From Candidatus Yanofskybacteria bacterium (lineage in GTDB: Bacteria > Patescibacteriota > Minisyncoccia > 2-02-FULL-40-12 > GWA2-44-9), in the NCBI GenBank assembly GCA_903830625.1, contig CAIKUK010000009.1:1-49689 (forward strand): 49,689 bases of DNA, read 5' to 3'. The notes below the pieces were generated by a model that saw nothing but the letters and a program-made list of their open reading frames with translations, was not told where the DNA came from and searched no databases. The first letter of the stretch is position 1, and each line of letters begins with the position of its first letter. This document shows, in pieces, positions 45,865 through 49,689 of this stretch. Made by a program: the position numbers and the translations under genes.

Positions 45865-45938
45865 CGGGCCGGAGTATGCCGGTAGTACGCCTGATTTGGG
45901 ATCAGGTAGACCGAGTTCGATTCTCGGCGGCCCGACCA
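45865..45938 (+). tRNA. tRNA-Pro (UGG)
   Basis: CGGGCCG/CGGCCCG acceptor, CCTGA-TTTGGGA-TCAGG, GTTCGATTC, ACCA end. Confidence 0.9.
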
Positions 45939-46095
45939 TCCAAAACTGAACGATTTTTCCGCCGCCGTCGAATTTCGTATTTCGCTTTGCGAAATACGCC
46001 GCCCACCCTTTACTAAAAATAAATAATGTAGTATCATTATATTAGTGCCAAAGAAAAGTCATACTCCAATATAATAATACTACCATAAATAAATT

Positions 46096-46323
46096 ATGTC
46101 AAAACAAGATTATTCACTATCAAAAAATCTTAAAAAGCTACGAAAGCAAAAAGGGCTTTCACAAGATCGGCTCGCTAAACTCGCTGATGTTGCCAACAAC
46201 ACGATTATTAAAATTGAACAGGGCGAGAATATAAACCCAACGCTTGATACATTAAAGAAAATTACGAAAGCCCTTGATGTTGGTTTAGATGAATTAAGCG
46301 GTTATCAATTACGGGGTAAATAA
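46096..46323 (+). CDS. XRE-family HTH regulator
   Basis: LKKLRKQKGLSQDRLA...IIKIEQG...NPTLDTL. Confidence 0.92.
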   Translation: MSKQDYSLSKNLKKLRKQKGLSQDRLAKLADVANNTIIKIEQGENINPTLDTLKKITKALDVGLDELSGYQLRGK

Positions 46324-46353
46324 AAGTCTAACTAATTAATTAATAAAAAAATT

Positions 46354-47379
46354 ATGATCACAGTTAAAAACGAGGGAATAATTTTAGAAAAAACAAATCT
46401 GGAATTCGAAAATAAGGGTGTTTTAAACCCGGCCTGCATCCAGGTGGATGGCATTACCCACATGTTCTATCGGGCAATTAACCATAATGATATTTCTTCC
46501 ATAGGTTACTGCCAGCTGAAAGATAATAAAGTTGTAAAAAGACTTAAGGAGCCGGTTCTCTTTCCAGAATATGATTACGAGAAAAAGGGTGTAGAAGATC
46601 CCAGAATTACTCTTTTAGAGGGAACATACTATCTTTTCTACACCGCCTATGACGGTAAAAACGCTCTTATTTCCTACGCCACAAGCAAAGATCTTATCCA
46701 TTTCGCCAAACAGGGCATTATCTCGCCGAAAATCTCTTACGCTGAAGCCGAGGATATTTTTCGCAAGTCAAAAGTCAGAGAAAGATATACTATGTTTGAG
46801 ATGTTTTACAAAGAGAGAGAGGGGAAAGACATGTTGTTATTTGAAAAAGATGCTTCTCTCTTTCCCCAAAAATTCAATCATAAATTTGCTCTTCTCCACC
46901 GTATTCTGCCCGGAATCCAAATTGTTTACTTTAACAATTTCTCAGAACTTACTGAAGACCGCTGGCGCGATTATCTCAAGAATTTAGGTGATTTTATTGT
47001 GCTTGATCCTCTCTTTTGGTTTGAAAACCGTAACATTGGCGGCGGTTGTCCCCCGATTGAAACAAAAGACGGATGGCTTATTATCTATCATGCGGTGGAG
47101 GATACCCCTTTTGGAAAAATCTATCATGTCTCCGCTGCCCTGCTTGATCTCAAAAATCCCCTAAAAGTTTTGGGGAGATTAAAAGAACCTCTGTTTTCCC
47201 CAAAGGCTTCTTGGGAAAAAAGTGGTGTTACAAATAATGTTGTCTTTCCTACCGGAGCAGTCGTAAGAGATAAAAGACTTTATATTTATTATGGGGCTGC
47301 CGACAAATTAATCGCCGCAAAATCTGTTAACCTCACAGAACTGTTGACTGAACTCAAAGAAAGCCCCCTAAAAGTATGA
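46354..47379 (+). CDS. GH130/PH1107-like glycosidase or phosphorylase (5-blade propeller)
   Basis: VLNPA, YRA, GVEDPRI, KDASLFP, LHR, IGGGCPPI, YH, NVVFPTG, YYGAAD. Confidence 0.88.
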   Translation: MITVKNEGIILEKTNLEFENKGVLNPACIQVDGITHMFYRAINHNDISSIGYCQLKDNKVVKRLKEPVLFPEYDYEKKGVEDPRITLLEGTYYLFYTAYDGKNALISYATSKDLIHFAKQGIISPKISYAEAEDIFRKSKVRERYTMFEMFYKEREGKDMLLFEKDASLFPQKFNHKFALLHRILPGIQIVYFNNFSELTEDRWRDYLKNLGDFIVLDPLFWFENRNIGGGCPPIETKDGWLIIYHAVEDTPFGKIYHVSAALLDLKNPLKVLGRLKEPLFSPKASWEKSGVTNNVVFPTGAVVRDKRLYIYYGAADKLIAAKSVNLTELLTELKESPLKV

Positions 47380-49592
47380 GCGCCAACCAGCGGGATAAAT
47401 CTTGGATCGTCTATCTGGCTACCTTCCCGCCACGACAGTGCGGTATAGCTACCTTTACCGAGGATCTTACCAATGCTATTGATCAAATGTTTGGACCGTC
47501 GGTTAAGTCAAAGATTGTCGCGATGAATCTTACTGAAGTAAGTCATTTCCCATATCCTGACAAAGTAATTCTCCAGATAAGCCAACCTCGTGAAGAGGAT
47601 TATATTAACGCTGCCAACAAGCTCAACCAGCTCAAAGAGGTAAAGCTTGTCAATATTCAACATGAATTTGGTATCTTCGGAGGAGAATATGGTTCGCATC
47701 TGCTTCTATTTCTGAAAAAACTTCAAAAACCGGTTGTTATCACATTTCACACCGTTCTTCCCGCCCCAGATGAAAGAATGCGCAACACCGTTCAAGCTAT
47801 AATGAAATATTCGAAAGGAATAGTCGTCATGACTCACTCTTCAAAGGAAATTCTCGAGAAGGATTATGGATTAAATCCTGATCGAATTCAAGTTATTCCT
47901 CATGGAATCCATCATGTTCCCTATAGAACCAGTAAAAACGCCAAATCTGCCCTCGGTTTTTCTGGCAGACTAATTCTTTCAACCTTTGGGTTTCTTAGTC
48001 CCGGTAAAGGGGTTGAGTATGTAATTGAGGCAATGCCTTCGGTAGTAGAAAAATTTCCTAATGTTCAATTTCTTATTGCTGGCGTTACTCATCCTACTGT
48101 TTTGGAGCAGGAAGGCGAAACTTACCGTAATTTTCTTACTAAAAAAGTGCATCAACTTGATTTAAGCAACTATGTTTCTTTTTATAACACCTACCTTAGT
48201 CTAAACGACCTCCTCGGCTTTTTAGAGGCTACCGATGTCTACCTTTCCACCTCCTTAAATCCAAACCAAACTGTCTCCGGCACTTTATCTTACGCCCTTG
48301 GCAGTGGTCGTCCGGTAATATCCACAGCCTTTGCCCAAGCCAAACAAGACATCACGAATGAGGTCGGCATATTAATTGACTTCAAAAATCCCCGGGCTTT
48401 CACCGATGCCATCATTAAATTATTGGGAAGTGATGAGTTGCGTCTACGGATGGGTAAAAACGCTTATTTCCGCACAAGACACATGACCTGGGAAAATGTT
48501 GCCCTTTCCTACCTGAAATATTTCTCGCAATTTGTACCGGAGCTAATCCGAGAGCAAAGAAAACTTCCACCTATAAAGCTTACACATCTGGCTAAATTAA
48601 CTGACGATTTTGGCATTATTCAGTTTGCCAATCTTACCGAACCGGATCTTTCTTCTGGATACACCTTAGACGATAATGCCCGAGCCTTAATCGTTGCCAC
48701 TCTCCATTATAAAAAATTTAGGATTCACTCTTCATTAAAACTCGCCTCCATATACCTAAACTTTCTTTCTGGGGTAGCCAAACCCGATGGTCATTTCGAT
48801 AACTATATCAATTCAAACCGCGCTATTGACGAACAGAAAAATCGCCAGGAAAACCTAGAAGATGCCAACGCTAGGGCCCTATATGCCATAGCACTTGTTT
48901 CAACTACCAAACAAATCCCCAAACGTCTAAGACGTCAAGCCCATTTTCTCTTTGAACAGAGTTTCCGGAAAAATATTGCTTTCTCCTCGCCTCGTGCTAT
49001 CGCTTTTTACATTAAGGCTCTCTATTGTTTGCTTTCGAAATGGAAAGAACCCAAGACTCTCGCTGCCTTAAGGCTCCACTGTGAACAACTCGTGACTCTG
49101 TATGAGAAGAGTCACTCGCCTGAATGGGAGTGGTTTGAGCATTATTTAACATATTCAAATGCCATCCTACCAGAAGCGCTCCTCCTCGGATATAAAATAA
49201 CCGGCGAGAGAAGATATCTCGAAGTGGCTGAAAAAACCCTAAACTTCCTAATTAAACACACCTATAAGGATAGTATGTACATTCCTATCGGCCAAAGCGG
49301 CTGGTTTCCTAAGGAAGGGACAAGACAGCATTTTGACCAACAGCCCGAGGATACCACTGCCACCGTAGAAGCCCTCAATGTAATGTTTCAGGTAACAAAC
49401 AGGAAGCATTACAAGGAATTAGTTAACATCGCATTTAACTGGTTCTTGGGGGATAATATTCTTGGGCAGGTTGTATATGATCGAACCACTGGAGGATCCT
49501 ATGATGGGGTTGGGGGAAAATTTATTAATCTAAATCAGGGTGCCGAGTCTACAATTTCTTATCTTTTGGCTCGTCTTTCTTTTGAGAGCTAG
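47376..49592 (+). CDS. GT4 glycosyltransferase fused to an alpha/alpha-toroid domain
   Basis: PPRQCGIATF, QHEFGIFGG, IPHG, SGTLSYA; C-terminal GYTLDDNARAL, FDQQP, NLNQGAEST. Confidence 0.9.
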   Translation: MSANQRDKSWIVYLATFPPRQCGIATFTEDLTNAIDQMFGPSVKSKIVAMNLTEVSHFPYPDKVILQISQPREEDYINAANKLNQLKEVKLVNIQHEFGIFGGEYGSHLLLFLKKLQKPVVITFHTVLPAPDERMRNTVQAIMKYSKGIVVMTHSSKEILEKDYGLNPDRIQVIPHGIHHVPYRTSKNAKSALGFSGRLILSTFGFLSPGKGVEYVIEAMPSVVEKFPNVQFLIAGVTHPTVLEQEGETYRNFLTKKVHQLDLSNYVSFYNTYLSLNDLLGFLEATDVYLSTSLNPNQTVSGTLSYALGSGRPVISTAFAQAKQDITNEVGILIDFKNPRAFTDAIIKLLGSDELRLRMGKNAYFRTRHMTWENVALSYLKYFSQFVPELIREQRKLPPIKLTHLAKLTDDFGIIQFANLTEPDLSSGYTLDDNARALIVATLHYKKFRIHSSLKLASIYLNFLSGVAKPDGHFDNYINSNRAIDEQKNRQENLEDANARALYAIALVSTTKQIPKRLRRQAHFLFEQSFRKNIAFSSPRAIAFYIKALYCLLSKWKEPKTLAALRLHCEQLVTLYEKSHSPEWEWFEHYLTYSNAILPEALLLGYKITGERRYLEVAEKTLNFLIKHTYKDSMYIPIGQSGWFPKEGTRQHFDQQPEDTTATVEALNVMFQVTNRKHYKELVNIAFNWFLGDNILGQVVYDRTTGGSYDGVGGKFINLNQGAESTISYLLARLSFES

Positions 49593-49689
49593 ATCCAGCG
49601 CTCCCTGCTCCCCGATCGGGTCGAGGACAAGTTTTGCGGGGAATGGGCGGCGCGCCAGCTTTGCTGGCACAAAATTCGACGGCGGCGGA

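Larger units (their letters stand above)
45958..49689. mobile_element. Inverted-repeat-bounded cargo module (XRE, GH130-like, GT4 fusion)
   Basis: 18-bp perfect IR TCCGCCGCCGTCGAATTT (45958-75)/AAATTCGACGGCGGCGGA (49672-89) plus inner CGCCGCCCA/TGGGCGGCG. Confidence 0.55.

Noticed and set aside
87-47699. Numerous 60-180 aa antisense or overlapping ORFs in the track (e.g. 364-690, 29472-30002, 34461-34919)
   Set aside because: Shadow frames of well-supported genes or of the ncRNA, with no motifs or initiation signals
1-49689. Prophage or alternative genetic code 25
   Set aside because: No phage structural or replication cluster; conserved genes translate fully in code 11 and several end in TGA

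Overview
Chromosomal segment of a Patescibacteria/CPR (Parcubacteria-like) bacterium, genetic code 11. The lineage call is inferred from gene content, a short AlaRS and SD-less core genes. From left to right it holds: CtpA protease and a cell-envelope glycan cluster (GT2, LCP, GT2, O-antigen ligase-like, GT2-GT4 fusion); a PIF1-like helicase and engB; an AT-rich defence island (C5 MTase, ThaI-family REase, Vsr, AIPR, MerR-HTH/HATPase + STAS pair); NYN, GT4 and mreB; the infA-rpmJ-rpsM-rpsK-rpsD-rpoA-rplQ-rplM-rpsI operon; dus, alaS, a UvrD-nuclease fusion, obgE and an ECF sigma/anti-sigma pair; three tRNAs, an HNH nuclease and an inverted-repeat-bounded XRE/GH130/GT4 module. The most unusual signals are non-coding. 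(1) A stand-alone ~330-nt RNA with its own promoter and terminator (34577-34909, minus strand) whose core parallels domain I of 23S rRNA, with compensatory changes. (2) Several different terminal-inverted-repeat elements, one carrying a GIY-YIG nuclease, sitting at or in start codons of housekeeping genes, mostly with duplication of the start-codon region. (3) Palindromic elements inserted in-frame in alaS, dus, the UvrD-like gene and a glycosyltransferase. (4) A second structured ~210-nt RNA candidate. (5) Many self-contained promoter-SD-orphan ORF-hairpin cassettes. All family assignments come from motif recognition by eye; no searches were run.
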